From positions 256,001-320,000 of the forward strand of contig CAVWWD010000005.1 of the NCBI GenBank assembly GCA_963758635.1: a DNA stretch of 64,000 nt, read 5' to 3'. The translations under genes and the position numbers were made by a program. The notes under the pieces were generated by a model, which saw nothing but the letters and a program-made list of their open reading frames with translations, made no database searches and was not told the origin of the DNA. The DNA comes from an uncultured Candidatus Rokubacteria bacterium. Its GTDB lineage: Bacteria > Methylomirabilota > Methylomirabilia > Rokubacteriales > CSP1-6. Every line of letters starts with the position of its first letter. Position 1 is the first letter of the stretch. Positions 45,972-58,377 of this stretch are shown one piece after another.

Positions 45972-46898
45972 TCAGCGTCCCCCCGCGGCGGACACCGCGC
46001 GCGCCCGGCCGACGGCGCGCGCTCGCGGGTGGAATCGCCGGTACATGTCGCGCACCGCGGCCGACGGCAGGTGCGTGTAGATCTGCGTCGTCGAGATGTC
46101 CGCGTGACCGAGCATGGCCTGCACCGAGCGCAGGTCGGCGCCGCGCTCGAGCAGGTGGCTCGCGAAGCAGTGGCGCAGCGTGTGCGGCGAGACGGGCACG
46201 CGGAGGCCGGCGCGTCGCGCCGCGCGCTTGAGGATGCCCCAGAGGGCCTGACGCGAGAGCGGCCGGCCCCGTGGATTCAGGAAGACCGTCCCCGGATCGG
46301 CGCGGCGCACGAGGGCAGGACGCGCGGTGCCGAGGTAGAAGCGCAGCCACGAGAGCGCCTGCGCGCCCACCGGGACGAGACGCTGGCGGCTGCCCTTCCC
46401 CGTGCAGACGACGTAGCCGGCGGGCACGTTGACGTCGTCCAGGCGGAGCGCGGTCAGCTCGGACGCGCGCATGCCGGTGGCGTAGAGCAGCTCGAGCATC
46501 GCGCGGTCGCGGAGCCCGTCGGGCCGCGTGGTGTCCGGGCTCTCGACGAGCGCGACGACGTCGTCCACCGACAGCGTCCGCGGCAGCCGCCGCGTCGCGC
46601 GCGGCCGCTCGACGTGCTCGGTGGGATCGCGCGCGAGCCCGCCTTCCTCGACGAGGAACCGGTAGAGGCCGCGGATCGCCGAGAGACGGCGGCCCGCCGA
46701 GCGCGCCGCGAGCCCGCGGCGCCGGAGCGAGGAGAGGTACTCGGTCACGTCGGTCATCGAGGCGACGCCGACGCCGCAGCGGCGTCCGGCGAGGAAGCGC
46801 TCGTAGTCGGCGAGGTCGCGACGGTAGGCGAGCAGGGTGTTGCGGGAGGCCCCCCGCTCCACCTGGAGGGCCCCGAGGAACTCCGCCACCTCCGCCAT
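45972..46898 (-). CDS. xerD: Tyrosine recombinase XerD
   Basis: ERGASRNTLLAYRRDL, RDRAMLELLYATGMRASEL, HTLRHCFASHLL…DLRSVQAMLGHADISTTQIYT. Confidence 0.93.
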   Translation of the reverse strand: MAEVAEFLGALQVERGASRNTLLAYRRDLADYERFLAGRRCGVGVASMTDVTEYLSSLRRRGLAARSAGRRLSAIRGLYRFLVEEGGLARDPTEHVERPRATRRLPRTLSVDDVVALVESPDTTRPDGLRDRAMLELLYATGMRASELTALRLDDVNVPAGYVVCTGKGSRQRLVPVGAQALSWLRFYLGTARPALVRRADPGTVFLNPRGRPLSRQALWGILKRAARRAGLRVPVSPHTLRHCFASHLLERGADLRSVQAMLGHADISTTQIYTHLPSAAVRDMYRRFHPRARAVGRARAVSAAGGR

Positions 46899-47056
46899 CA
46901 CGGACGCTGCGTGGCGGGTCGAGGCGGGGAGCCTGGGTGCGGGGACCGCGCGGGCGCCGGCCGCGCGGGGCCGGACGTGACGACGCCCCGGCGGTGGCGC
47001 TCTCGACTGCTGCGGCCGGCCACGGCCAGGGCGCGCTCTTCGTACGGCAGGGGCAT
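46898..47056 (-). CDS. Putative 52-aa leader ORF upstream of xerD
   Basis: TG-A-TAGACT 5 nt before ATG; stop overlaps xerD start (TGATG). Confidence 0.3.
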   Translation of the reverse strand: MPLPYEERALAVAGRSSRERHRRGVVTSGPARPAPARSPHPGSPPRPATQRP

Positions 47057-47095
47057 GGGGAAGTCTATCACCCGCTCCAGCGCGAAGGCAAGGCG

Positions 47096-47173
47096 TGAGC
47101 CCCGCGCATCAGACCAATGCCGAGCGGTGGGACTGTAGAGGCCCGTGGCGGTTACCGCACTCTGCGAGGGTCA
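47096..47173 (+). repeat. Dispersed ~78-bp hairpin element, copy D
   Basis: Near-identical to copy A; murJ reads into it and stops at the TAA at 47152. Confidence 0.95.
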
Positions 47174-48735
47174 GCGCGGTCGCCGCGACGGAGCATCGCG
47201 CGCAGGTCGGCGATCTCCGGCGCGCGCAGCGCCGCCGCCGTGACGAGGAAGAGCGCGAGGCCGCCCGCGATCGCCGCCGCGGTGACGCCGAGCGTGCCGA
47301 GCATGCCGCTTGCGGCCGGCGCGAGCCAGAGGCACCAGGCGGCGAGCGGCACGCTGGCCGCGAGCGTCCGCGCGAGCGACCACGTGAGGGCGGCCCCGTC
47401 GAGCGGGCCGACCCGGCGACCGAGCATCCAGAGGAGACCGGCCAGGCTCACGTAGGACGACAGCGAGGAGGCCAGCGCGAGCCCGGCGTGCTCGAGCGGC
47501 CGCATCAGCACCAGCGCGAACATCACGTTCGCGGCGACGGCGAGGAACCCGACGCGCACCGGCGTCCGCGTGTCGCCGATCGCGTAGAAGGCCTGGGCCA
47601 CGATGCGCGTGGCCGAGAAGGCGGGGAGGCCGACGGCATAGCCGGCGAGGGCCTGCGCGGTGGCCGCGGCGTCGGCGGCGGCGAACTGCCCGCGCTGGAA
47701 CAGGAGCTCCACGATGGGCCGCCCGAGGGTGAGGAGGCCGGCGGTGGCGGGCACGGCGACGAAGGCGGAGAGGCGGAGCGCGAAGCCCACCGTCTCGGCG
47801 AGCCCGCGCCGGTCGCCCCGCGCGGCCTGCGCGGACATGCCGGGCATGACCGCGGTGGCCAGCGCGATGCCGAACACGCCGAGGGGGAACTCCATCACGC
47901 GGTCGGCGTAGTAGAGGAACGAGATCGCGCCACGCGGCAGGAGGGACGCGAGGAACGTGTTCACGAGCACGGTGATCTGCACCGCGGCGAGGCCGAAGGC
48001 CGCGGGTCCCAGCCGGCGCGTGACGGTCACGAGGGCGGGATGGCGCCACTCCCCCGAGGGCGTGAGGGGCAGGCCGAGCCGGCGGATCTCCGGCACCTGC
48101 ACGAGGAGCTGGCCGAGGCCGCCCACGAGCACGCCCACGGCGAGGGCCATCACGGGCGGCTCGAAGTGGCGGGCGAGGAGCAGCACCGACGCGATCATGC
48201 CCACGTTCAGCACCGCGGGCCCGAGCGCCGCGGTGAAGAAGCGCCGGTGCGTGTTGAGGATGCCGGCGGCGAGGGCGGCGAGCCCCACCAGGATGAGGTA
48301 CGGGAACATCAGCCGCGTCAGACGCACGGCCAGGCCCAGGAGCGACGGATCGGTCGTCCAGCCCGGCGTCATCACCGCGACGATCCACGGCGCCAGCGCC
48401 ATCCCGAGCGCGGTCACGAGACAGAGGGTGAGCGTGCCGGCGCCGAGCACGGCGCGGAGCATCCGGTCGAAGGCGTCGCGGCCGCCGCGGACGAGGTGCT
48501 CGGTGAAGACGGGGATGATCGCGGTGGACAGCGCGCCCTCGGCGAGGAGCCGCCGGAGGAGGTTCGGGATGCGGAACGCCACGAAGAAGGCGTCGGTGGC
48601 CGCGCCGGCGCCGAAGGCCCGCGCCACCACCATGTCCCGCACGTAGCCGAGGACGCGGCTCGCCAGCGTGGCGAGCCCGATGCTCCCCACCGCCGACATC
48701 ACGCCCGCGTTCGCCTCGCGCGAGCCGTCGCTCAT
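47152..48735 (-). CDS. murJ: Lipid II flippase MurJ (MviN)
   Basis: SRVLGYVRD, AFRIPNLLRRLLAEGA, YYADRVMEFPLG, FYAIGDTRTP. Confidence 0.96.
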   Translation of the reverse strand: MSDGSREANAGVMSAVGSIGLATLASRVLGYVRDMVVARAFGAGAATDAFFVAFRIPNLLRRLLAEGALSTAIIPVFTEHLVRGGRDAFDRMLRAVLGAGTLTLCLVTALGMALAPWIVAVMTPGWTTDPSLLGLAVRLTRLMFPYLILVGLAALAAGILNTHRRFFTAALGPAVLNVGMIASVLLLARHFEPPVMALAVGVLVGGLGQLLVQVPEIRRLGLPLTPSGEWRHPALVTVTRRLGPAAFGLAAVQITVLVNTFLASLLPRGAISFLYYADRVMEFPLGVFGIALATAVMPGMSAQAARGDRRGLAETVGFALRLSAFVAVPATAGLLTLGRPIVELLFQRGQFAAADAAATAQALAGYAVGLPAFSATRIVAQAFYAIGDTRTPVRVGFLAVAANVMFALVLMRPLEHAGLALASSLSSYVSLAGLLWMLGRRVGPLDGAALTWSLARTLAASVPLAAWCLWLAPAASGMLGTLGVTAAAIAGGLALFLVTAAALRAPEIADLRAMLRRGDRADPRRVR

Positions 48736-48763
48736 CGGAGGCGCTCCGGAAGGGACAAACTCC

Positions 48764-48792
48764 TTGACACCCTCAGCATCGCCCAGTAACGT
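48764..48792 (+). promoter_or_regulatory. sigma70-type promoter of rpsT
   Basis: TTGACA-N17-TAACGT; AAGGAGG RBS downstream. Confidence 0.7.
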
Positions 48793-48851
48793 CAGGGGTC
48801 GGCTCGAAGAACATCACGCCGAAGTTCATCACGCCAAGGAGGAGCATCACC

Positions 48852-49121
48852 GTGGCCAATACCCGATCCGCCATCAAGCGGATAAAGACGAGCGAGAAGC
48901 GGCGAGTCCGCAACCGCTCCATCCGGAGCAACGTCCGCACGGCGACGCGGAGCGCGCGGGCCGCGGTGGAGTCCAAGGCCGCTGGCGCCCCGGCCAGCCC
49001 CGAGGCGACCGCGGCGGTCCGCGCGGCGATGCGGGCCATCGACAAGGCGGTCAGCCGCGGCGTCCTCCATCGCAACACCGCCGCCCGCCGCAAGTCCACG
49101 CTCGCCCGCACGCTCAACTGA
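48852..49121 (+). CDS. rpsT: 30S ribosomal protein S20
   Basis: MANTRSAIKR…IDKAVSRGVLHRNTAARRKS. Confidence 0.97.
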   Translation: MANTRSAIKRIKTSEKRRVRNRSIRSNVRTATRSARAAVESKAAGAPASPEATAAVRAAMRAIDKAVSRGVLHRNTAARRKSTLARTLN

Positions 49122-49202
49122 CCAGCCCGCATCATCGCGCATGACCGTGGACCTCGAGCAGGCCGCTGGGCCGCCGAGCCTGTTCATGCATCGGTCGGAC
49201 TC

Positions 49203-49280
49203 ATGACCCTCGCAGAATGCGGTAACCGCCACGGGCCTTTACAGTCCCACCGCTCGGATTGGTCTGATGCGCGGGGCTCA
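49203..49280 (-). repeat. Dispersed ~78-bp hairpin element, copy E
   Basis: Reverse complement of copies A/D; its first TGA is the stop of the upstream gene. Confidence 0.95.
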
Positions 49281-50603
49281 CGAGCCGCCCCGGCGGCCGT
49301 CGGCCAGGCCGCGCAGCAGGGCGATGGCCGCGTCGCGGATCGTCTCCCCTCCTCGCTCCCCGTAGAGGCTCGCGCACGCGACGTAGCTCGGCCGGTCGAA
49401 CGCGTCCGGCGCGAGGAAGTAGCCATGGTAGTCGTTGGACACGCCGGCCACGAGCACGCCCGCGAAGCGGCTCCGTCCCGACGCCTTGATGTCCTGGCCG
49501 AGGCGCGTCTGTAGCTCCCCCGGGATGGTGACCCACGCGGTGCGCCCGAGCACGCCGGCCACCAGCTCGATGGGCGGGCGCAGCGCGTCGCCCAGCCCGA
49601 CGTAGAGCCAGCGCGGGACCAGGCGGCCCAGGCAGTTCCGCACGCGCACCGCGGCGGGCGGCAGCGTCGCCTGCCCCGCGAGCACGGCGAGGCGCGCCTC
49701 GGCCTCCGGCGCCACCTGGTCCCACGCGGCGAGCGCGGCGGTCGACAGCGCGAGGCCGGCCTCGCGCACGCCGCTCCAGCCGTGGCGCACCGGGCTCACG
49801 TCGCCCACCGCGCCGTTCACGAACAGGGCGGGCGCGTCCAGCCGCCGCTCGATGCGCGCCGAGGCGTCGGCCATGAGGTCTCCCGAGATCAGGCGGTTGG
49901 CCTTCCCCAGCGCCGTGCCGTGGATCGCGTAGTTCCACAGCATCGCGACCGGCCGGCCGTCCGTCGTGACCACCTTGACCAGGGCGAGCTCCGGGTCGAG
50001 CGGCGCGCCTACCCGGCTCCGGGCCAGCCCCGTCACGTCGACGCGTCCCGATCCGACCAGGGCGGGCGCCTTCCGCGCCTCCGCCTCGCGCGCCGCGCGC
50101 TCGAGGCCGTCGAGAATTCGCGCGCGCACGTCGACGGAGAGCCGGTCCAGCGCGATCAGCGAGAACAGCGCCGAGCGCCCGAAGGCCCCGGGGCCCGAGT
50201 GGGTGTGCGACGCGGACACGATCACCGCCGCGTACTCGTGGCCCGCGCGCGCCAGGCGCTCCCGCAGCTCGGCGGTGAGCGCCGGATCGATCCCGACGAG
50301 ATCGACGGTGAGCCACAGGACGCGCGTCGCGTCGCCCTCGACGGCGAGGGCCCGCGCGCGCGGGGCGTCGTGAACGCCCCTGGACGGCCGGAACCAGAAC
50401 GCCGGCCCGCCACCGAACAGGCGCGGGAACCACGCGCGCCGCGGAAACCCGCCGTAGCCCGCCAGCGGCGTGCCCTCGGGCAGCCCGATCTCCACCGAGG
50501 CCGAGCCGGCAGAGAGCGCGGACGCCGGGCCGGGGCCCACGGCCAGCGTGGTCGCCGCGGCGAGGAGGAACGCGCCGAGGCCGCGCCGTCGCCGACCGGT
50601 CAC
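49278..50603 (-). CDS. Neutral/alkaline ceramidase N-terminal-like secreted hydrolase
   Basis: PLAGYG, HDAPRARAL, SASHTHSGP, NYAIHGT, GAVGDVSP, IPGE, SNDYHGY; signal peptide follows GTG at 50603. Confidence 0.8.
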   Translation of the reverse strand: MTGRRRRGLGAFLLAAATTLAVGPGPASALSAGSASVEIGLPEGTPLAGYGGFPRRAWFPRLFGGGPAFWFRPSRGVHDAPRARALAVEGDATRVLWLTVDLVGIDPALTAELRERLARAGHEYAAVIVSASHTHSGPGAFGRSALFSLIALDRLSVDVRARILDGLERAAREAEARKAPALVGSGRVDVTGLARSRVGAPLDPELALVKVVTTDGRPVAMLWNYAIHGTALGKANRLISGDLMADASARIERRLDAPALFVNGAVGDVSPVRHGWSGVREAGLALSTAALAAWDQVAPEAEARLAVLAGQATLPPAAVRVRNCLGRLVPRWLYVGLGDALRPPIELVAGVLGRTAWVTIPGELQTRLGQDIKASGRSRFAGVLVAGVSNDYHGYFLAPDAFDRPSYVACASLYGERGGETIRDAAIALLRGLADGRRGGS

Positions 50604-50633
50604 GCGAGGGGGGGACAGGGGCGCCAGCGTGGC

Positions 50634-50831
50634 GCGAGGACGGACACGCGCGATGTCACCCGCGGAGCGGGCGCTGACGGCGGTGCGTGGAAGAAGGGCG
50701 GGACGACGCACACGCGAGATGTCACCCGCGGGGCCGAAGCTGATTGCGGTGCGTGGAAAAAAGACGCGAGGCCGCACACGCGCGATGTCACCCGTTTGGG
50801 CCGAAGCTGGCTGCGGGGCGTGGAAAAGGGG
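50634..50831. repeat. Diverged 66-bp tandem repeat x3 at the holA 3' end
   Basis: Core ACACGCG(C/A)GATGTCACCCG…GCTG…GCGTGGAA in units starting 50634, 50700, 50766. Confidence 0.9.
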
Positions 50832-51820
50832 CACACAGCTCCGAGACGAGGAGCGCCAGCTCGGCGCGGGGCGCGCCCCCGGACTTGAGGCGCCGCTCGA
50901 CGTCCCAGCACAGCTCCAGGCGGCGCCGGGCCGCCTCGGCCGGCGTGGACTGCGCGAGCGTCATCACCGCGGCCACCCCCGCGGGCGGTCGCCGCAGGGC
51001 GCGCCCGATCTCGTCGGCGGGCCGCCCGCGCCGGAGCGCGTCCGACGCCTGCCACACCGCGCGCGTCTCGCGGACGATCATGCCGAGGATGGCGAGCGGC
51101 TCCTCGCCGGCGTTCAGGAGCTGGCCGAGCACGGCGAGCGCTCCCGCGCGATCGCGCCGCTCGAGGGCGCGCGTGAGGTCGAAGACGTGCCGGAGGCGGT
51201 GCTCGCCGACGACGGCGCGCACCTCGTTGACGGTCACGCGCCGGTTCTGGGCCCCGCCCGCCACCGCCGCCTTCTCGACCTCGCCGCAGAGCGTCGTGAG
51301 GTCGTCCCCCACGAGCTGGACGAGCAGGCTCGCCGCGTCCTCGCCGAGCTCGAGCCCGTCGGCGGCCGCGCGCGCGCGGAGCCAGCTCACCACCGCGCGC
51401 CCCACCGGACGCGGCAGGCTCACCACGCCCGCGGCGGGAACGGCTCGCGCCAGCCAGTGGCTCCCGGGCAGCTCCTGCTCGACGAGGAACAGCAGGACGG
51501 TGGCGGGGTTCGGCGCCGCGACGTAGGCCACGAGCGGCTCGGCCTGCTTGGGGCCCAGGCCCTCGGCCCCCCGCACCGCGACGAGGCGCCGCGGAGCGAG
51601 GAACGGCATGGTCAGGGCGGAGCGCGCGATCGCCTCGGCGCCCGCCTCGCGCGCCTCCAGGACCTCGCGCGAGAGCGTCGGCGTCCGCGCCCTCCGGGAA
51701 CAGGGCGCGCGTGACGCGGGCGAGCGCATCGTCGAGGAGCAGCGGCTCGGGCCCCGCGAGGAGCAGCACGGGCGGAAGATCGCCGCGCTCCACGAGCTTC
51801 ACGAAGGCCCCGTGGTCCAT
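50788..51820 (-). CDS. holA: DNA polymerase III delta subunit; frameshift near 51685
   Basis: LLLAGPEPLL, TMPFLAPRRLVAV, EVEKAA, VFDLTRAL, DVERRLKSG; leuS-lptE-holA synteny. Confidence 0.9.
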
Positions 51821-51827
51821 CGGGCGG

Positions 51828-52369
51828 CTAGAACCGGTCGATGGCGAGGGCGGCGATCCGGCGGCCGATCACCGCCGCCGCCTCTCGCACCGCGCCCTCC
51901 TCGCGTCCGATGGTCGCGCTCGCCGTGCCCGCCTGGCCGACGACGCGGAAGTCGCCCCGCTCCTGCAGCCCGTCCTGCTGCCAGAGGAACCCGCCGCGCC
52001 GCACGTCGCGGAAGCGCACGTTCAAGGTCACGAGGAGCCGGTACTCCTGGATGTTGAGCTGGCGATCGTAGGCGAGCGCCTGGAGCGCGTAGCCGACGAT
52101 CTCCCCCTCGAGGACCGAGTCGGCCTCGGCGAGGGGCACGACCCTGAGGCGGCCGGCGCTCGAGAACGCGTCGACCACCGCGGCGGTGATCGTGCTCTCG
52201 ACGGCGGGCTCCTGGGTGCGGTTCACGAAGATCGGCACGGCGACGGTCTTGACGTGGGACGGCAGGTTGCCCTGGAAGCTGTAGCCGCAGGCGCCGAGGG
52301 CGAGCGCGACGGCCGCGAGGAGGGCCGCGAGCCGCTCCCCGCCGCGGGGCCGGCCGCGTCCGGCGCCCG

Positions 52370-52373
<4 letters not shown>
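51828..52373 (-). CDS. lptE: LPS assembly lipoprotein LptE
   Basis: Lipobox [29 protein letters not shown]. Confidence 0.88.
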
Positions 52374-54871
<2,498 letters not shown>

Positions 54872-54929
54872 ATTCGGCCGATTCTAACCGCGGTTACGAC
54901 GAGGACGCAAGGAACCGGGGGCGCAACGG

Positions 54930-54968
54930 CTCCCCGGGGACCGCCGAGCCGCCGGTCCCCGGGGGAAG
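54930..54968. terminator. GC hairpin downstream of small secreted protein gene
   Basis: CCCCGGGGACCG…CGGTCCCCGGGG inverted repeat; no long U-tract. Confidence 0.45.
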
Positions 54969-54976
54969 CGACGCGG

Positions 54977-55225
54977 CTACTTCTTCTTCAGCGCGAGGTT
55001 GATCGCCTTGGCGGCGTCCTCCATCTTGGCCACCGACTCGGCGTGCTTGCCCTCCTTGTGCAGCTTCTCGCCCTCGGAGGCGAGCTCCATGGCCTTCTTG
55101 GAGTTCGCGTCGGTCTTCCCGGCCGTGGCGTCCTGGATCTGCTTCAGGAGCAGCGGGCACTGGAAGGCGAAGGCGGGGCCGGCCACGAGGCCGACCAGCG
55201 CGAGCGCCATCACGAGCATCTTCAT
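54977..55225 (-). CDS. Small secreted helical protein (82 aa)
   Basis: AAGGAGG RBS, signal peptide ending AFA, mature FQCP…GEKLHKEGKHAES. Confidence 0.8.
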   Translation of the reverse strand: MKMLVMALALVGLVAGPAFAFQCPLLLKQIQDATAGKTDANSKKAMELASEGEKLHKEGKHAESVAKMEDAAKAINLALKKK

Positions 55226-55261
55226 GCGGTCACCTCCTTTCGCGAGCGGAATTCACCACGT

Positions 55262-57101
55262 CTAACCTTCGATGGGGCCGGACGGTTCCGCCGGCGCCTC
55301 CGGAGCCGGGTGGAAGAAATCATAGATCCGCTGCGCGAGCTTCGGCGTGATCTTCGGCACGGCGGCGAGCTCGCCCACCGATGCCGCCCGGACACCTCGC
55401 GCGGAGCCGAGCGTCTTCAGGAGCTGCGTGCGGAGGGTCGGCCCCACGCCGGGGATCTGGTCGAGGATCGAGCTGATCGTCCGGCGCTGGCGGAGCTTCT
55501 TGTGGTACGTGATCGCGAAGCGGTGCGCCTCGTCGCGGATCCTCTGCAGCGTGTGCAGGGCGGGCGAGCCCAGGTCCAGCACGAGCGGGGCGAGCCGATC
55601 GGGCGTGTACACCTCCTCCGCGCGCTTGGCGAGCGAGGCGATCGGCACGTAGTCGAGGCCGAGGCCCTCGAGGGCCTTGATCCCGGCGCTGAGCTGCCCG
55701 CGCCCCCCGTCGAGGAGGACGAGGTCGGGAAGCACGCCGTCGGCCTCGAGGGCCCGCGAGTAGCGTCGCGTGAGCACCTCCTGCATCGAGGCGAAGTCGT
55801 CCGTGCCCGTCACCGTCCGGATCTTGTAGCGCTTGTACTCGTCCTTCTTCATCTCGCCGGCCACCCACACCACCATCGAGGCCACCGTCTCGCTGCCCTG
55901 GATGGTCGAGATGTCGAAGCACTCGATGCGGTTGGGCGGCTCGGGCAGGCCGAGCGCCCGCTGGAGCTCGGCCTGGACGGCCTGGTGGCGGTTCTCGCGC
56001 GCGAGCAGGTGGTTCTGGAGGGCAAGCGCGGCGTTCTCCTCCACCATGGCCACGAGCTCGCGGCGGCGCCCGCGCTGCGGGACCTGCACGTCGACGCGGC
56101 CGCCGCGGCGCTGGCGGAGCCACTCCAGTGTGAGCTCGGCGTCGGCCATCTCCACGGACAGGAGCACCTCGGGCGGCGGCGCCACGCTCTTGCCGTAGAA
56201 CTGCCGCACGAACGCGCCCACGATCTCCCCGTCGCTCGACGCGCCCACGCGGTCGAAGAAGAAGGACTCGCGCCCGAGGAGCCGGCCCTTGCGCACGAAG
56301 AAGAGCTGCACGCAGGCGTCCCCGCCCTGGCGGACGAGGCCCACAACGTCCTGGTCCGTCTCCTCCGTGGAGATGATCTTCTGCCGCTCGCGCACGGTGT
56401 TGAGGGCCTGGATGCGGTCGCGCAGCACCGCGGCCTGCTCGAACCTCGTGTCGGCGGCCGCCGCCTCCATCTCCCGCGTGAGCTCCTTGGCGAGGTCGTC
56501 GTCCTTGCCCTCCAGGAAGCGCCCGAACGTCGCGCACCGTCTTCCCGTAGCCCTCGGCGGTCTCCTGCCCCGTGCACGGCGCGTTGCAGCGGTGGATGAA
56601 GTACTGGATGCACGGCCGCTCGAGGCCGCCGTCGATCTTGATGCGGCAGGTGCGCAGCGGGAAGAGCTGGCGGGCGAGCCGCAGCGTCTCGCGCATGGCC
56701 GTGGCCGGGTAGAACGGCCCGAAGTACGCGGCGCCGTCCTTCTGCACCCGGCGCGCCACCACGAGGCGGGGGAACGCCTCGTCGGTCGTGAGCTTGAGGA
56801 ACGGATAGTGCTTGTCGTCCCGCAGGATGATGTTGTAGCGGGGCCGGTGCTTCTTGACCAGGTTCGACTCGAGGATGAGGGCCTCGAGCTCGTTGTCGGT
56901 GACGATGTAGTCGAGGTCGCGGATCTGGGCGACGAGGGCGTCCGTCTTCGGGTCCCGCGCGCGCGAGTCCTGGAAATACGAGCGTACGCGGCTTCGGAGC
57001 GACGCCGCCTTGCCGACGTAGACGATCTGGCCCTTCGTGTCCTTGTAGAGGTACACGCCGGGCCGATCGGGCACCCGGTCGAGCTTCTCCTCGAGGGTCA
57101 T
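55262..57101 (-). CDS. uvrC: Excinuclease ABC subunit C; frameshift near 56525
   Basis: PGVYLYKD…YVGKA…RVRSYF (GIY-YIG), RIECFDIS, DGGRGQL, RDEAHRFAI, HhH. Confidence 0.96.
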
Positions 57102-57123
57102 GCCCGCATTCTCCGTCGCCGGG

Positions 57124-57537
57124 TCAGTCGATGCTACCGGCCAGCACCACCCACTGGCAGGGCTGGCCCGTCACGCGGCTGATCACGTCGAAATCGGCGT
57201 CGTAGTGGAGTACGGCGAGGCCGCCGATCTCGGCGGCCGCCGCGACGAGGAGGTCGGGCACCTTGCGCCCCCGGAGTCCGCGGGAGGCGAGCAGGCGCTG
57301 GACCTGACGCGCCCGCCGGAGATGCGCGGCGTCGGTCTCTATGAGCGGGAAGGCCTCCAGCGCCGAGGCCAGGCGGGTCCACTCGGCGAGGTTCCGGGCG
57401 GAGAAGCCGATCTCGAGGTCCGAGATGCCCGCGCGAGCCACCTGGCCGGCGGCCGCGAGTGGCTCGAGGGTGGTCCGCACGGCCGCGCGGCCGAGCCGCG
57501 TGAGGACGCTGGTGTCGACGAGGTGGGTCAGCGCCAC
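57124..57537 (-). CDS. VapC-family PIN toxin
   Basis: LVDTSVL, LEIGFSAR, PDLLVAAAAE, LHYDADFD. Confidence 0.92.
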   Translation of the reverse strand: MALTHLVDTSVLTRLGRAAVRTTLEPLAAAGQVARAGISDLEIGFSARNLAEWTRLASALEAFPLIETDAAHLRRARQVQRLLASRGLRGRKVPDLLVAAAAEIGGLAVLHYDADFDVISRVTGQPCQWVVLAGSID

Positions 57538-57722
57538 GCGGACGCCCGATCCCGCAGCCGGGCCCGGGCGAGCGTCTCGAGGGCCCGAACGACCCGCCGG
57601 TCGCGACGCGCCCCCGCGCGCCGGAGGGCCTCGTTGACGGTGTCCTTCAGGGTGCGCGTTCCCAGCTCGGCTCGAGCCGCCGCCAGGGCCCGGTCGTCGA
57701 TGTCCACCAGACGCTTGGCCAC
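57528..57722 (-). CDS. VapB-family antitoxin
   Basis: KRLVDIDDRALAAARAELGTRTLKDTVNEALR; overlaps toxin start. Confidence 0.9.
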   Translation of the reverse strand: MAKRLVDIDDRALAAARAELGTRTLKDTVNEALRRAGARRDRRVVRALETLARARLRDRASAWR

Positions 57723-57728
57723 GGGGGG

Positions 57729-57756
57729 AGGATATCACGAGCGTGACTCGTATATC
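57729..57756 (-). promoter_or_regulatory. vapBC promoter/operator palindrome
   Basis: GATAT(C)ACGAG-CGTGA-CTCGTATATC inverted repeat overlapping TG-A-TATCCT -10 box. Confidence 0.6.
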
Positions 57757-57832
57757 CTGCCGCGCCGCCCGACGGGGCGATCGCGCCAGGACGCCCCTTC
57801 CGATCGGAGACGTCCTGCCCGATACTGGTCCG

Positions 57833-58333
57833 GTGCTTCCGCCAGAGGTGCGCGCCCTGACGCCGGCCGACCGCGACGCCGCGCTCGCCGTGATCAACAC
57901 GGCCGCGCGATGGTACCGGGACTTCCTGCCCCCCGACGCGGTGCACGGCCCCGAGATGACGGCGGCCCAGTGGGAGGCCGAGGCGGGGCGGCTCGCGTGG
58001 TACGGGGTCCTCGTCGACGGCGCGCTCGTCGGGGTCGGCGCCCTCCAGCGCGTCCGCGACGCCGCGCTCCTCCGCCACGGTTACGTGCTCCCGGAGCATC
58101 AGCGCCGGGGCGTGGGCGCCGTCCTGCGCGAGCACCTCGAGCGCCAGGCGCGAGGCGCACGCCGGATCGTCGTGGGCACCTACGCGGGGAACTACAAGGC
58201 TCGAGGCTCGCTGGAGAAGGCCGGTTACCGGCTGTGCGCCGATTCGGAGGCGGTCCTCCGTAGCTACTACGAGATCCCGGAGGATCGGCTCACCGCGTCG
58301 GTGGCGTACGAGAAGGGCGCGCGCGGGTCCTGA
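57833..58333 (+). CDS. GNAT N-acetyltransferase
   Basis: VINTAARWY, LLRHGYVLPEHQRRGVG acetyl-CoA motif; start uncertain. Confidence 0.85.
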   Translation: MLPPEVRALTPADRDAALAVINTAARWYRDFLPPDAVHGPEMTAAQWEAEAGRLAWYGVLVDGALVGVGALQRVRDAALLRHGYVLPEHQRRGVGAVLREHLERQARGARRIVVGTYAGNYKARGSLEKAGYRLCADSEAVLRSYYEIPEDRLTASVAYEKGARGS

Positions 58334-58377
58334 CGCGGCCCCCGCTCGTCACGGTGCGGCGAGGCGCCGGCCGCGCC

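Noticed and set aside
50604..50834. N-terminal repeat domain on the ceramidase-like protein
   Set aside because: The signal peptide starts after the repeats (GTG 50603) and the extension overlaps holA; more likely non-coding repeat
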